Positions 1-15,070 are shown, counted from the stretch's first letter. The stretch is DNA of 64,000 nt from Balanoglossus misakiensis (GCA_040954595.2 CM082594.2:7447573-7511572); one strand, 5' to 3'. Made by a program: numbers and translations. Notes: generated from the letters alone by a model not told the origin.

Positions 1-165
1 GCGAGTCCTATTTTGACTAAATCGGTGTGGACACACCCCGAGGGTTATCTGTGCACGCGTTTGTCGCATTCGACGATAGCGAACCTTTAATTTTTTTCAT
101 CGTTGCTCGTACTACAGTGCCTATACCGGCACCAAAGCGGAGACAATCGTTGTTAACCCCACCTG

Positions 166-166
<1 letters not shown>

Positions 167-213
<47 letters not shown>

Positions 214-275
214 TTTCTTTCTTTCTTTCTTTCTTTTTTTCTTTCTTTCTTCTTTCTTTCTTTCTTTCTTCGTCT
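167..275. repeat. (TTTC)n microsatellite, imperfect
   Basis: Run of TTTC units seen directly; explains the spurious FLSF-rich ORF 27..293. Confidence 0.95.
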
Positions 276-1510
276 TTCCTTTTTACTCCTTAAATACTTC
301 GAGACAACTTCTGCAGGATATAAGTACGACACGCATCAAACACAAAGCTATGATAAGCACTATGTTAAAGACAGGCCTGTTACAATACTCTGTAATAGTC
401 AAAAACAGTACCGAAAATTCCATCTGTCCACAAAGCACATAATACACCAGGGTAACATATTCGACAACGCTCCCAGAAAACTTCATGAAATATTTAAAAC
501 CTAACGGTTGTTTTTCAGTTTTTTTCTCGTCATAATATTGTTTCATTTAGGAAGGATACGGTCAATATGTGACAATACTGTTCAGAAAACAACATATTTC
601 AGTCTAGACATCGGTACGTTCAGCAAAATTGTCAACGCACATCATGTGAACTGTATTCACAGATTGGGGTTTTCGAGTCACGATTGTTGTTCCATTGTCC
701 ACATAATTAAACAATTTTAACGTAAAATAGTAGCAGATTGTGGGACAGGGACGGAGGAAGCGCGTGCGAGTGACAGAGGGGGGGAAGGGGAGAGGGGAAA
801 GAGGGAGAGAGAAAGGAAGAAAGAGACTAACAGTCACCAACTAAAAAGTTTAGCTGTCAACAGATTTCAATCAACGAGACTTCAAACAGTGCTTTTCCAC
901 TCTGAGGTGAATAACTGCCTTAAGGGGGAAAGGGCAAGACGTGGCGGTCATAGCAACGGGAAAGTACCTTGGGTCGAAAGCATTCACGGGTAACCATGGC
1001 ACCATTGTACGACACGAGCGCCGGTAAAATGTACAGAAAGTCGAGCTCAGTGAGTTTGAAAAATCTGGAAAGTGAAATTCGGGCTTCATGTCCGTGGCAC
1101 GTGGGGGAGCTTTGAGATAAAACTGTTGCATTGGTTTGCTGCGAATAACTGCCGAAATATTCGCCGACGGGCGCAGAGACTGAACAGCTTGCCGCTCTCG
1201 ACAATAAACTGCAGTGCCGGTCAATAAACCACCAATTAGTATGTCATAAAATAAACGCTTGTATAAGGACGTACATTCATCTGTAATAGCTGGTCGCCAA
1301 ATATATGGAAACAAAATCAACTTTTCGTAGGAATGCGTTCGGTTAATACTACAGTACTAAAAATCTAATGGGCAACTAATGTCTTAAAGACGGGATTTCC
1401 TGAAGGATGAAGTTTACCCACGCCGTGACAGAACGTGACAAGTTGCATCCTTTTTAGCAGTATACTAATTTCACTTTTCTCGTGCGTTCGCGGTTTTGGC
1501 GCTAAGCTAG

Positions 1511-1628
1511 CTGTGAACGACAACTTTCGATGGGTACACCTCAAGAAAAAAACTACTAATTTCATTTTCCTATAAGTGTTAGTGGTTTCTGTGAACGACA
1601 ACTTTCAATGACTGCATCACAAGAAAAA
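1511..1628. repeat. Degenerate two-copy tandem duplication, period ~78 bp
   Basis: CTGTGAACGACAACTTTC at 1511 and 1589, each followed ~13 nt later by CAAGAAAAA. Confidence 0.75.
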
Positions 1629-4600
1629 CAAAACAATGCGGTGTTCTGCTTGGGTGGGTGATCGTTGTGTTTGGAACTTGTGTCCGAGACTGTAATTTGG
1701 AAAACAGTCAATTCATCGCCAGCACCTGGCCACTGCCCCCATGTTTCCGTTCCGATTTAGATCAGCCTTGAGTCGGTATAGCGCTTTATTGCCAGTGACA
1801 GTCTGCCTTATATCGTTAACTTGGGCAACGCTCGCCTCCATTGTTGTTTCGTGAAATTGGTTTCTGAAGCCTAAAATTGGTCCCCGTTTTGAGGTCTGGC
1901 CTTGCCACACATAAACAGGACTCGGGAAGCGATCCGCTCCCCAATTAGTTACTAGAACGCTAAAGAAAAAGAAAAACATATTGTCTACCGAAGTAAAAAG
2001 GGCACATGTTCGTCGAGCAAACGGCCAGTTGTTGTATGAAAATTAATTTAACCATTGAAGGCAATTCCGTGGAAAAAGTAGCCATATGCTCAAACCGATG
2101 AGGACTATAATACCGTGAAACGATGATAAAATGCAACTCTACTTCGTTAAGTGGCGATAAAAATGGAAATAGACAGCATTGTATGACTTGCACAGTGACG
2201 CATTCAATTGAGTTCGATTTGGCGCCGAACTATTTCAAACCGCTCAATTTGTTATTAATTGAGAATTTTGTGGGAAACGGTTCACGATTTTGGAGAGAAA
2301 AGGGGAAATGAAATATCGCGGGCCTCCTTCGACCAAATTGAACAATTTGCAGCTATTGTGAACACTAGATTACCGACTTTCGCACGACGCCCGTGCCGTA
2401 CAATATCGCCATATTGTTCCACAGCAGCGAAAACACAGGCGAACGCAAGCTATTTACGACCACGGGATGTTTTGCACGTTCAATTAAATTCTGTTTCTCT
2501 CAACGGTTCATTGTATTCTCATGGTTTGAAAAAAACTTAAAATCCCTCACAACTGCTAACGCCGTTAAATGGAGAGCGTCCCCACCTGTTGTTGCGGCCG
2601 ACAATGCTCTTTAATCGAATCAGGAGTCCGAACGACGCAGTACGGGTCGATTTCTTTTCGTAATAAGCTCTGGGGAATTAGGGAGGGAGAACTTAACTCA
2701 CTTATTAAAGAGGAACCTTCACATCGGATATCTCTTATATCTATCATTCACTATAGAATCAACAAAATCTCTATCGAGCGGACCACAAAAAATCATGCCT
2801 GCGCGACTTGTCGCACTCACTTTGCAAGACGGAGAATTATTAAAACCACACGGCAAATGGCGAAGTAAACGCCGAGATTAAAATGAATATGTGGACGACA
2901 TTTTTTATCTTTTGACATTGTGAGGAATTGTAATACGTTTATACGAATGGGTAGAAGCAAAAAAGGTTACAGTTTTGGAAACCCCGGTACCCGGTCAAGC
3001 GATAACTTGGAGGCAATTTCCTGCCATAAAACGTGTACATTATGAACTTTTAATAAACTGTTCAAGTGGCTGTCACTTACACCAGTGAACCGACAGGTGG
3101 ACGCGTTTCGGAGAGCAAGAATAAAACTTCAAGTTGGCGTCTCTGTTGAGCACGGTTTTTAAAAGTCCTTCTCGCTGGGCATGCGCATACCAGTCAGGCA
3201 TGCGCCTGGGAACTTTTGGAGAGTACGCGTTGCTAGGAAGGCTCCGTGCGATCGCGTCATCTTACTGCAAAACAGCAAAGTTCGTGTATATTTCCACGAT
3301 ACATACACGAAACTTCCCTGAAAATTTTCTTTCTTCCTGTTGAGACTTGTTTTTCTATCGTCCGCGGTGCGGAGGAGACACATGATGTATTGCTATCATG
3401 GGGCCATACGATTATTTCTGTCTCAACTCCGCATGGCAACCGCCCTGTCGCCTAGCCGGGATTATCTCGGTCAGAGGTTGTGACCGTTACACGATACAAT
3501 TAACCCCCAGGGGTCACGGGCCAATTATTTTCGTGGGTCCCAAGTGATTCTTGGTTTCACGTCGTGTCGCCACATCGTCGTCACAGAACTTCGCAAAAAC
3601 AGTAAATTTTCATTTTGCCACTCCCGCGCGCCATATTTTAACGCGATGTGTCGGTGACAAGTCTGGCTAAGAAATAAGATCTAAAAAGACCCGAGCCAAG
3701 CTTTTACCGAACGTTCAACGATTCTACCGATAGATCCTACATCCGAACACCATTCATTCTAGAATCTGTAATTCAGATCATTTTCTGATGAGTTTAGTTA
3801 TATTTCGCTGTTTTTACATCATTATTGTGCAACAATATATTTGGAAACGACTCACAATTTCGCAAGTAAGCTAGAGCTCATGGGTCGAATACGTACACAG
3901 CTCAACACTAGGGGGATTTGGAACATGATGCTTTCGTACAAAAAAAATTCTCGGGGAAAATGGCAAAAAGCGTCACTAGATGAAGCTGCTTTGCTTGAAT
4001 ATTTATACCGTGCGCAAGTGTACTCATGTGGAACAGGCAGATTTAACTCATACAGTGATTGAATAATTCTTTGTTAAAATCACGCCGTCTGCGTCGTTCG
4101 CGGATCACCTGTGCGACTGTCTGGATTGCAGTTTACGGTTCCGCTGGGAAACCGAAGTGCGCAAGTCTCCAGAAATGATGAGGCCGGGGTGCCGTGGAAG
4201 AAAAGATTGGCACACACCTTCGATGTCCGTCATAACAATCAAACTTAATTGTCATGAAGTCTAGGCAGCTGTTGTCCTTGCCGCAATAAACTTTAGATTA
4301 ATTTTGCAGGCTGTGACAGATCAGAAACGGAAATCGCGTCTGTTGTTGGGCGGAAAGCTGGAAAGACGTCTCCTAGCCGTCCAATTTTCGACTTAATTAC
4401 AGCAGAAGAAGGCTATTGTTCTCGGATGGGTACTTATTGAAATTTGCTTGCTGGGACAATGCTGACCGACGAGGCGTGGCTTTGTGAAAACCCCCAAATC
4501 TGAAAATAGCTTTGTTGTGAGAAACCGATACAGTGCAGTTGTTAAAGTGTTCATCAAATGATGCTGAAGGTACTTAAACTAAGAATACATCATTCCCAAT

Positions 4601-5335
4601 TTGCTTTTTTGTCAGGATATCATCTCGACGGGTTCCTAGCGCTGGATTGATAATTTTGGGTGACATCACCGCGCGCACTTCGTCCTCGCGCCGAAGTATG
4701 GCGCGCAGAGCGTTCCAATTACCGTGTGGCGCCGCTCGAATTAGGCATGGCCTTGTAAAGATTACCACGGGTGCAAAACTTGAACAAAAGCGCATATTCA
4801 GTCTGCCATTGCAATAAAAATTAACATACGAAGCATCAAATTGACGATTCTTTAAATCTGTGATTAGAATATCGTGAAGGCGATGCGCTGGAAGGTATTT
4901 CGATCACTGGTTCCCCGTATATACGCGCCACCAACTGGAAGTCGACGGTCTGTGGCGATTCACAATGGTCCAAATGCAAAGCTTGTGTCACTAATATTCA
5001 TATAACCCACTACGGGATCGACTGTACTTTCTTCGCTCACCTAGAATTCTTTTGTCGCGTCGACCAGACTAACTTAAAATCCGAAACTCCCCGGGAGAAC
5101 TATTAATATCGAATAAAAAATTAAAAAGAACGGAAGTACTGAACGACGCAAAATTTTATTATACCCAGGTGAGATTCTTTGAACTTTCAGTTATCGAGAA
5201 GTAGACCTTAAGGATTTGAGCGATTTCATCAGGTCCATGGTAGGGGTTACCCTGTCTGTGATAGAAACTGAAACTGAGTATACACAACGTTTTTATGCGG
5301 TTTCTATAGCACTGAACATTTTGCGTATTTAATCA

Positions 5336-5640
5336 TTAAGGTAGTATGCCCCTAGAAAATCAAAGTCTTAAGCTTTCTGTCATATTTTATTTGAGCAACT
5401 GTATAATATTCTATCTTGATATTCAGAATAAAAATTGCGGTCACCGACTCACCGTATATTGTTTTTAATAAAAGAGCAAAATTGTCTCGAATTTTGAAAA
5501 TCAAAATGGCCGCCAATCTCTGCGTTAAGTCTAAGGAGAAAATTTTAAGTAGTGATTTTCTTCTTTGGTTTCATTTTTATCTAGAATAGAATTGAAAGGT
5601 TTGCGGGACTATCATTTTTCTGAAAATATATCCCTCAATG
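5336..5640. mobile_element. Possible decayed TTAA-flanked non-autonomous DNA transposon fragment
   Basis: AT-rich island starting TTAA|GGTAGTATGC, containing GAATAAAAATTGCGGTCACCG and TCAAAATGGCCGCC. It resembles, from memory only, interspersed repeats of hemichordate-type genomes. No right-hand TIR found; right boundary approximate. Confidence 0.3.
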
Positions 5641-8600
5641 CAGATAGGCCAACTAGTAGTACTTTGAAGATACTTAGACGTGAGCTCTGGGGAAATATCA
5701 CCCGGCCGTATCTACAACCAAGGACGAATTGACCGGCTGTTGCCGGACGGGATGGTTATCGCGCGATATCACTACACCAAAATAAATCATAAAGGGATTT
5801 AAATAGGAAAGCAATTGGCGCAATTATAGCCGTCCCCATTTATTAACGGACGGCGGATGTGGCGTTTGGGTAATTAGAAGGGTCTTATCTGTGGAGACAA
5901 GTGGAACGTCTTCATGCTAATCTAGTAATCGTTAATTAGCAGAAACAAGCCTGCTAATGAGGTGGACGGCAGTTGGTCAATTGAATGGCGGCCGCTGCTA
6001 TTCAAAGCTTGCCCGTGCAATTGGGCCAGTGTGATCCCTGTCTTTGTCCATACTCGGTAAATTTTCACCCTGGCTGTTTAGTCGTCGTCGTTGCGTCTAA
6101 TCCAGTGGGCACCTTTTCGGTCGCTACCTTATGGAGTAGCCATCAGCCGGAAGGGGCCATCCGTTTTCCGAAAAAGATTATGTCGGAGTGGTGACTACCT
6201 CTGCAACATACGGCAAAGATGTATGTACCGTATTGTACACCACTTAACACAAACCTATGCTTTTGTTATTCGTCTGTGATAAACCCATGCGTTCACAGAC
6301 GATACATGGCAGAAATCGAACCGTTTTGAAATAACACACGAACGTTTTGACTAAACCTCGCTGGCAACAATTAGATCTTCAATTTCCATCCAAGATTTAA
6401 GGCAGCATTCAAAACTTTCAACGGTGGCGCCGTCTGAAGTTTCAGAGAAGGAAAACAGCCAATGATCCGACCAAAAGCAAAAATACAATTTGTACTTCCG
6501 CAGTAAACCCACGGACAGAAAGGGTGGGGCACGATTTCATGAAAATGAGGAACTACTGTCCGCGAAGGCGAAATGGCGCGAGAATTGATAACAGACAACA
6601 AATTTCCATGCAAATCCCAATTCTAATCCACCCCGGCCTTGCTGGGACGCCAGGGAGTGCCAGGATGAGCGTCAATGCCAAATGTTGCCGGATGATAAAT
6701 TTGGCCTGGAAAAGTTCTCCTTGGGCATAATGCAGTAAGCGTTATTACAATATTTGCTGTCTGTGGATGCAAAGTCCGAGCGACAGAAATATGCAGGGCG
6801 GGGTCTCTCGCAAAAATATCAACATCCGGGTATCTGTAGAATGCGTGGTACGAGACCTTTCTTCGATTAAATATTATTTTATGAAATGAAATCCGAAGGT
6901 TGCAAAATAATGTACCCCCCCCCCCAGATTGTCAAATGCAACCCTATCAAGTTTCTCCACCCCACCCGTAAAGTAACTGATAGCGCCCTAATATTAATCG
7001 GCGATCATTTCATTTTCCATTGAAAATCATTAATCTGCCTCCCCCTATCATTTCGGGAAAATTATGGCATGAAAAGATACGGAAAACGAGCCCGATAACA
7101 TAAGCGTAATCTGTCTGACTACATCAACAGACCGTTAGCTCATCCCCCAGCCGTCGTAATGAGAAACGAAATATTAAAGTGTAGATAATGGAAGAAACCT
7201 GTCTCCACGACCGGCATCAGAGATGCTATCACCTTAACTGATGTCTAAACGTCACATAGTTTCCCGCCAAATTTGCCACATTAATTCTTTTTTTTACATT
7301 TTCAGAAATTTTCAACGGGTCGCCGCTTCTTTCTTTATAGTTCTCTTCGTTCTGTGATTTTTAATTGCCAGTGATTGCTGTATCGGAACAAGATCCGGTT
7401 TCGTCGAGTTCTTGTGGGAGATTTCGCGAAGGGGGGTTTCAGACACAACTACGAGCAAAACAAACAGTTGACATCAAAATTTATCCTAAATGTAGTTTAA
7501 TTGTGACAAGGGCAGCTAGGAGGACTATCCACTGTCTCCAATAAACGATACTTATGATACTTGAACGAGACATGAGGAGTTTTAGTTCGTTTAGCCATGA
7601 TTCCACTGGCGCCTGGGGGAATTTGCTCAGAACCTGCGAAGTTTATCCCCGAACACGTGATTGGCCCATGATAGGACAGACAAGGCTGTTCACGTCCCCC
7701 CTCTCAAATATTAGTTCTACTTCCGCAAAACAATTGCCAGACAAACGATAGGAATAGCCTTGTCCTCAGTGGTAAACACTTCTCTGGCGGCGCGGACCAG
7801 TGCCGCGCCGTGTACAGAAAATTCGCACACAAACACGAAAACGTCGGTACATAAATGTATAAACATTGATCCACGAGTAGGCGTGCAGTACCCACACGAC
7901 TGTCTGGTATAGTTTCATGACATTGTTCTGATTCATTTTGTGGTTTCACTCCGAGTTTTATTGATATTTTTCTCCCATGTCGCCCGACGTTGGCGACAGA
8001 ATGATGCTTTTGCAAACACCGCGTATTAGCAATGCCATTGAGAGTTTATCGAAGTCATGCTATTCTGGGACTCGAATGTTTCATTTCTCATGACTCCCTC
8101 GCACTATTAAAAAATTCGCCAAGTCATCAATGACAAGTCTTGGCCACAACTTTTATCAAATTTCTGGGAAATTATGAGACGACTCTGTCGTACTAGGTAC
8201 TGAATATTTAAATTTCTCGCATACCGACAGTGACCCTAAAGGTCGCGCAGGCAAAACAGACCCTGTCTTAAAATAATATTTAAGCCATTAAAATGGCCTG
8301 TAACGTCTTTGAACTGTCGCCTGCCATTTTGCATCAGACGGTAACAATTGGAAGTCTGACGTCCACTTGAAGGAAGGCCGGTCTCCCCCTCTTCAAAGTG
8401 GGCGGGTCCAGTAAAAAATCGCGGTGGTAGGGCGGTGGGGGAGGCTCCAAATGACAGTGGCGACCAGAACTGAGTGGCGACTGAGCAAAGGGGTTTTCAT
8501 TACTGAACAGACAAATGTCAATGTACCAGCGCACAGATCGAATCGATAAGAACCCTCCATCAAAGATGCCCTTTTTTCTTGGACTCTCTGTCTGCGATGA

Positions 8601-9723
8601 TCTTAATAAGGCGCGAGACACAGATTCCACCCCAGTCATATGAGCAATATTCTAGCTATTTGGGGGCATTAGCGTTTTACCCAGCCTTTGATCATCTAGA
8701 TAAGCGTTCAGTTAACCTCCTTGACTGGTACAACTTTGGCATTTCGCTTCCGCACGTCACATCTCGAGGAAACAGTCGCGATCAGACCACTTAAATGTCT
8801 GCCAGTAGCTATCAGCCAGGGAAAAAAACACCCCAGGGGAAATCAAAGCAAACAATTTGACCTAGTATGTTTGACCGTGACCTTTGACATCGCGGAACTC
8901 CAGTGGACGCGTCGAGGGGCTCAAGCTTGCGCGGCGCGCGGGTAGCATCGCGTCTGCGCGTACTCATCTTTCCAGAAACGCGCAAAAGAAATTGACGTCA
9001 TCATCCCTTACCTTTCTGCTTATACGTGACCCGTGAACGTTTCTTTTCTAAAAATCGTCTGACCACAGAAACCATCTGGGAGGCTAAAAGGAGAAGAACC
9101 GAGAGTGAGAAATGAAAGTTTTGAAGATTATAGTACATATAGTTTTATTTTGCATATTGCAATACAGAAAACACCCAATTTATTTTATCACAGAGAAAAT
9201 AGCCGACGACTTCCTTTCAGATAAAAACTGCTCCAAAGGACACTTTATCTACTGGCACGGGGAAAACAGCATGGGCCTCGTGTCCTTGGCGGCAAAGTCG
9301 ACTTGGCACGCCTAGCAAAGAAAATCGTGTACTCAGTTGGCTGTGATTCGTCATGTACGCTAGATCCACCATGGCCAATCTAGAGCTAATCTTCTTAAGG
9401 ATTCTAAAATACACTGAAATCTTCAAAACGGTGTCTGCTTTCACGATAGGTCTCTGCCTTGGAAAAAAATGTAGTCTTTGTGGAGTCGCCGTGGTTAAGT
9501 TTCCGCGGCTCAATATCGTCTCAATGGCCATCCGTAGTAATTTTATGTTTAACGCACTCCCGTTGAAGAGTTTTACTCGGATCACTGTGCTCTAATTTGA
9601 TTTGGTGAATAGCATTGAAAGTCTTGCCAATTTAACCAGAGAATATTTAATTACTGTAAAATCAGCTAGCCGATCATTTGAAGATGCCGCTTCCGCTTTA
9701 CAGTACTGCTATAGATAGGCGTA

Positions 9724-9815
9724 TCAGTCTCTCTGTCCCACTCTATGTGTCTCACTGTCTCTGTCTGTCTCTCTCTCTCCCGGTCTCTCTCCTAGTCCCT
9801 GTCTGCCCGTCTCTC
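9724..9815. repeat. CT/CTGT-rich low-complexity tract
   Basis: Degenerate TCTC/TGTC repeats seen directly. Confidence 0.7.
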
Positions 9816-12800
9816 TGACACTGGAAACTTCTTCGAAGTAAAATACCCAAACAATTTCGTTTCCATTAATGCCCATACGTTCAATATGGTCAATATCGTC
9901 ATTACCAAAAATGCCAATCACCTTCAAATCTTCTCGTTACGGTAGTATATATTCAAAAGTATACTACTATTATGTAAAAATGGATGAATTTTACTGTGAC
10001 TTAAATCGTTCGTCACTGCTTTAGGCCTACTTTAAAATTTTATACGCAGAAAGCGGACGTTTAAACGACACCAAAATCGGACAACATAAAATTGGTTCCG
10101 AGATGCTCATCGAAGAGAGCGGGAGGACGCCGTCTTGGTCATGGTTGACTTCCCCGCAAAGTTGGTTCATCGCTCGAACATTCTCATCAATTATAGGCTT
10201 GATGACGACACAGGACAAGAAACAATGTCGCCAATTAAATTAGCATGATAATTGATTTGCTGCTCGTACTGAAATGCGAGGAAGCAGAGACGGCGGCGAG
10301 AGAATCTGCCTCGTCGTTAATTCCCTCGACGCGTTCAGAATCAGAGGAAAAAAAACACCGAGAAGCTTGGTACATATTATGCGGGGAGTTGGATCGGAGG
10401 GCGAGTGTAATGGGTAACCTTATAACTGTAGTTGACAGGTAAAGGGGAGGGCTGTGCAACTATGAGCAAGTAGATGTATAAGGGGGCCGGACTCTTGAGT
10501 CCGGTCCAGTTCCTCATAAGATGTGCATATTGCATTCAGTATTGCCATACACATACCGAGATTTAAAAAGAGATAATCTTCACCGCGAAACGATCTATGT
10601 GCATAGATTCTAGAAAAACTAATGGACATGTCGATGTTTTTTCATTTTAGGAAGAAAACATCTGCACAGCTATAAAGTCCGCTTGCCTTCCCTGCCCCAA
10701 TTCTACCGCTGGCTGCGCTGTGACTCGACCAAAATATGTGTTCACCTGGGTTCACCTGTGTTCAGTTATCATTACATGTACATATATGCATTTACAATGA
10801 CGCAATCTTTCTGGGTTTTGCTCCGACTGTAAATGATCTATGTGCGATACTACACACATCAATTTTCACGAAAAATAATACTGCACAGCTGTAGAATCGA
10901 CCCAAATATGTACTCACCAGTGCCTGCAGCAAGGCTTGTAATGGCGGCAGCCATCTTGAAAATACCCATGGTGCAACGCGAATTTCCCCACCGCAGTGTT
11001 TTTTCTCGCAATTCTCTTATCATACGTGCTACATTTTTTCTCTAAGCGAGCGTTTAATTCACTGAAGTTTTCTTTTGTTGGCACTCTATGGGAGCCCTGG
11101 TTTCACATGTGAATAAGTTGAGATCATTTGTCATTTCCTCAGTCAACCACAGTGGAGGGACTGTGAGTCAACAAACGAATTTCAGACACTGAAAAGTGCG
11201 CCCTTTAAATACGCGAATACAATATTCGCAGCAATTCGATGGGTTTGGGCATTTCGGTTTCTCGGCAGACTGGCGCTAACACAGTTGATATTTGATGCTA
11301 AACGACTCTGAAATTGGGGGACGCAATTTCTTTGTGAAATTATCAAAAGGGGAAACAAATGGGGGGGGGGGGCACTATAGGAAAAAATATCTGCACAGTT
11401 GTTGCCGGCGGTCAAAATATAGCGTTTCCTGTCCCGGACTGAGGACATAAATCGTGCAGAGTGTGCAATAAACAAGCAATATACATGACTCACTATGGAC
11501 GAATGCCATGAAATGTGCCGTACTGGGATCGTATAGTCACCGCCGGAGGGAAAGTTGGTGTCCCCCCTGTACAACTGGCGTCAGCCGTACAACGTCACAC
11601 CGCCGCTCCGTTTCCTAAGATAGTTATTTACCACGGGTCACCGAAGACGTTCCAAGTTCAGAAATCGTGACCGTGGATAGTTATTCTGGTCTGTAAGGGC
11701 TAAAAGTGGTATGTGTGTTATTTACGGGGAGGGGCGTTGGCTCTGCAGTATCACTTCACCTCTTCCCCTCGCCTCTTTATAGGCCCTAACATGATGAATT
11801 TCATTAGACGATGAAAGTAAAACAAAACTATTTAGAATAAATATCACATCACCACGGCAACAAATCTCCGAAACATAAGCGATGGATTTTCTTTCATTTT
11901 TCCCCTTTGAATTTCCAAATTAGGCAATTTCCTAGAGATTGATTGCCAATCGACGTTGCGCATGACTATACCGAGCGAGCAAACGGTAGCTGACCGCAAA
12001 AAACCAACACCATGGAAATTTGCGAACTGGAAAACAAACAGGACACACCTAATCACCAGAAAAGCTCGCCAGTAAACTGACTCTAATTTTATCGACATGA
12101 ACTTTGAGGTCACCCCGCCTGAGCTCTCTTGGCAGCGAAGTGCAAAAATACTGCAGCGCGCTGTTAGCTGATGGCGACTGATGAACGCGACGCGGCGATT
12201 GAGTCAAGAATTAGCCGAGCGTCGTCAGCGCTCTGCTATCGTCTGTTTCCGGCAGCAATGGCGCAGTAAAAACCGGCACGCAGGGAAGCCGCTCGGACCA
12301 GTTGTCTGCGAAAAGTACTTAAATCCGAGACAGCGACAAGCTGGATTAAAGAAAAAAAATAATTAATGAGCGAGTATGCCGGGTAGTTAGTCGGCAACAG
12401 GAAACACCCAGTATCTTCTCGTTTAAGTGGAGTCAACGTATACGAAGCAATGTAAGTTCGGATATAATTGCCATGTTCTTTGCCCCCGGGGCTGAGGCAT
12501 TAAACTCTCGCGGAGTCTCGCTACAGAAGAGCGATTTGGTGACATCCTAACGTCCAATTATTTGTTCAACAACGCAGCGTTTAATGTCTAACTGACTCCC
12601 GTATCAACTCGAGTCCCCAACCCCCGGGCTCTTTTCGTCTGCTTAATCTAGTGCGCGATTTTACAAACTTCAACAGGCTTTTATCTGACCACATATCGAT
12701 GGGATTATGATTTTTATTCAGGGGCCACAGATAACTGCACGGAACGTTGGGTATATAAGACGCACGGAGACAGTGAACATGGTGAAAGTGAAAATTACTC

Positions 12801-14126
12801 CGAACAGAAACAGCGAATCTGACTGAAGAAAAAAGATGAAAATAGACAGACGCGCATAGATATACAAAGACACACTGACAAGATCATTTGGTGACCGTAC
12901 TCGCAATCCACCACCAATACCCAGACACCGAGTCACCCAATTCAATTAACTAGCCATCTAAGTCCAATTCGCAAATCAACAGAAAACGGCCTGTACAATT
13001 TGAAACCGCGGCTGCCACGGTACTTTATCGCAGACTAGAGCACTTGAAATACACTAGTACATAAGCCAATTGTCAGCGGTGTTGTATCTTGTAAATTGTT
13101 GCGTTTTACGATCTGCAAGAAGACTGTTTTTTGAGGAGACCACTTATGACCGAATTTCCTGCCCGGAGCATCGCATTCACTTGTGAATAGGAACAGAATT
13201 AACATCTCACGCGCGTGAAATAGAAATTTTCTTTACATTCACTTGTCGTTTGGTCTCTCTGAATTGTCGCACGGAGCATGGTCGGTGTCTTCGCCACTCT
13301 GAGCCCGCCTCATATAAACAGAAGAAAATCGAATTAATTAACCTAGCCCAACTATAGACTAATAGGTGATCCATTTCTGTTTCCTTTTATGCAAAGTTGA
13401 CTAACTCACTGTAATCTGAGAATACAATTTTACAAATTGCTTAAGCGTCTTTTCCGAGATGTATTTCAAAGGACATTACGATTTGAAATATATTTACAAT
13501 GATGTGTTGCCCCCCCCCCCCCCCCCCCCTCCGGCCGGATATACTGGGTCGGCTAACGGTTATTTGATAAGGGCCGAGTCAGCCAATGTCTGGCTATGAC
13601 GGTGACACTGAAGAACATGTCGAAGTTTAAAACTTTCGACCAATCAGACCTCTGACTTGTTATGAACTTGGACGAAAAAAAACTATTAAACAGCGCCATA
13701 GTACGATGCGGTGTTATGGTCTTACGACGCATCGTCAGACAAGTCAGGCGGCGTGGATATATGCAATAAAAATCCCACGTGATTCCCATTATTGTGTAAT
13801 AGCGATTTCTGTTGGTTGTATGATTGGGTCCATAAGCCGCTATGGTAAATACTACCCAAGTCGCGGCGCTCATTTATGACTTCATAAATGTTTAACTCGA
13901 AAACAGGACTAAAGCTCGAGACGAGGGCATAATAAACGATTACGGCAATGAATTCAGTTCTGTACATAATATCGGGTGTAATTCATAATCTGTAGGTCCT
14001 ATGCACATATTACGGTTTACACCGGTCATATTACCGTGCTGTTTTGGCAAAATCGTCATCCTTAGACATAAATGTTGGCTAGTTTAGTTTCATTGTAAGT
14101 TGTCGCTTATATTGTTCTGCTTAGAG

Positions 14127-14163
14127 GGTGAATCGGATACCGTCTGGTGAATCGGATACCGTC
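14127..14163. repeat. 19-bp-period tandem duplication
   Basis: GGTGAATCGGATACCGTC-T-GGTGAATCGGATACCGTC. Confidence 0.85.
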
Positions 14164-15070
14164 AGAACTGTATGTAGTCGGTTTATATGGATGGCGGATA
14201 AATGATGCAGCGACACCACAATCTATGTGCAGTGGCGTTTTTTTCATATCTTGTCTTCAACTGGTTTGTACTGCTTTGGTGATTGACAATTCAGCTCGTT
14301 TAAGCGTCTCCGTTTTACCAGGAGCACACCGCCTACACAGTCTATCTCTCAACTTTGTGGAAGTGGTCTACGGGAAAAAGTGAACCTGATGAAAATTGAC
14401 GTGTACTGGACTGTCTCAGGAAACCTTGAAATATTGCAAGGCTATTAAAAGTCGAATGGGCCTGCACGAACAGACGTGTGATAGCAGCTGATGCCTTAGT
14501 AGTCAGCCCAACTGGCTCCAGGATCGTCGTCTGCTCCGCGGAGGCGAAGCAACCGCTGACAAATATTAGAGTAATAACATCATAAAGATTTAGTGAGCAT
14601 GAAATTTGGAAATAAAACCAGATATTAAAATGAAGTGAATGCAGCAGGACAATATGTAAAGAGAAAACGGGAACTGGGAACAGGAAAGGCAGAGAAAGGA
14701 AAATGACGGAAATCTGTGACAAAACCACAAAAAGAATTTCAGGTGACCGATTTCCGATGCTGAACATAAGCCGACGGATAAGCGGAGACGTTCTAAGAAG
14801 AACAATGACGTCGTCAATTGAAATATCACATGATATGACAGACTCGTTGTTGTTTCGTCCAAAGGCGGACGTTGCATGCCTGCGGTTGATGGATATTAGA
14901 TGGTTCCATGGGCAATAAAAAATACAAGTGAATATGTTCAGTAATGTGTGTGTTTTGTATAAGTGTCAGGTTTTATAGTTGGTCGGTCAACTCAGCTCGG
15001 TGTTTATTGGGCACAATAAAAACGAAGTGTGTTTTACACATAATAGCTAGATGTTCCTTACGGCACATAT

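Noticed and set aside
1511-1628. Spaced direct repeats as a CRISPR-like array
   Set aside because: Only two degenerate copies, eukaryotic context and no cas genes; a simple tandem duplication.
9366-9595. ORF with a perfect Kozak context (CCACCATGG)
   Set aside because: The 74-aa product has no recognisable features or supporting gene structure; one such match in 64 kb is unremarkable.
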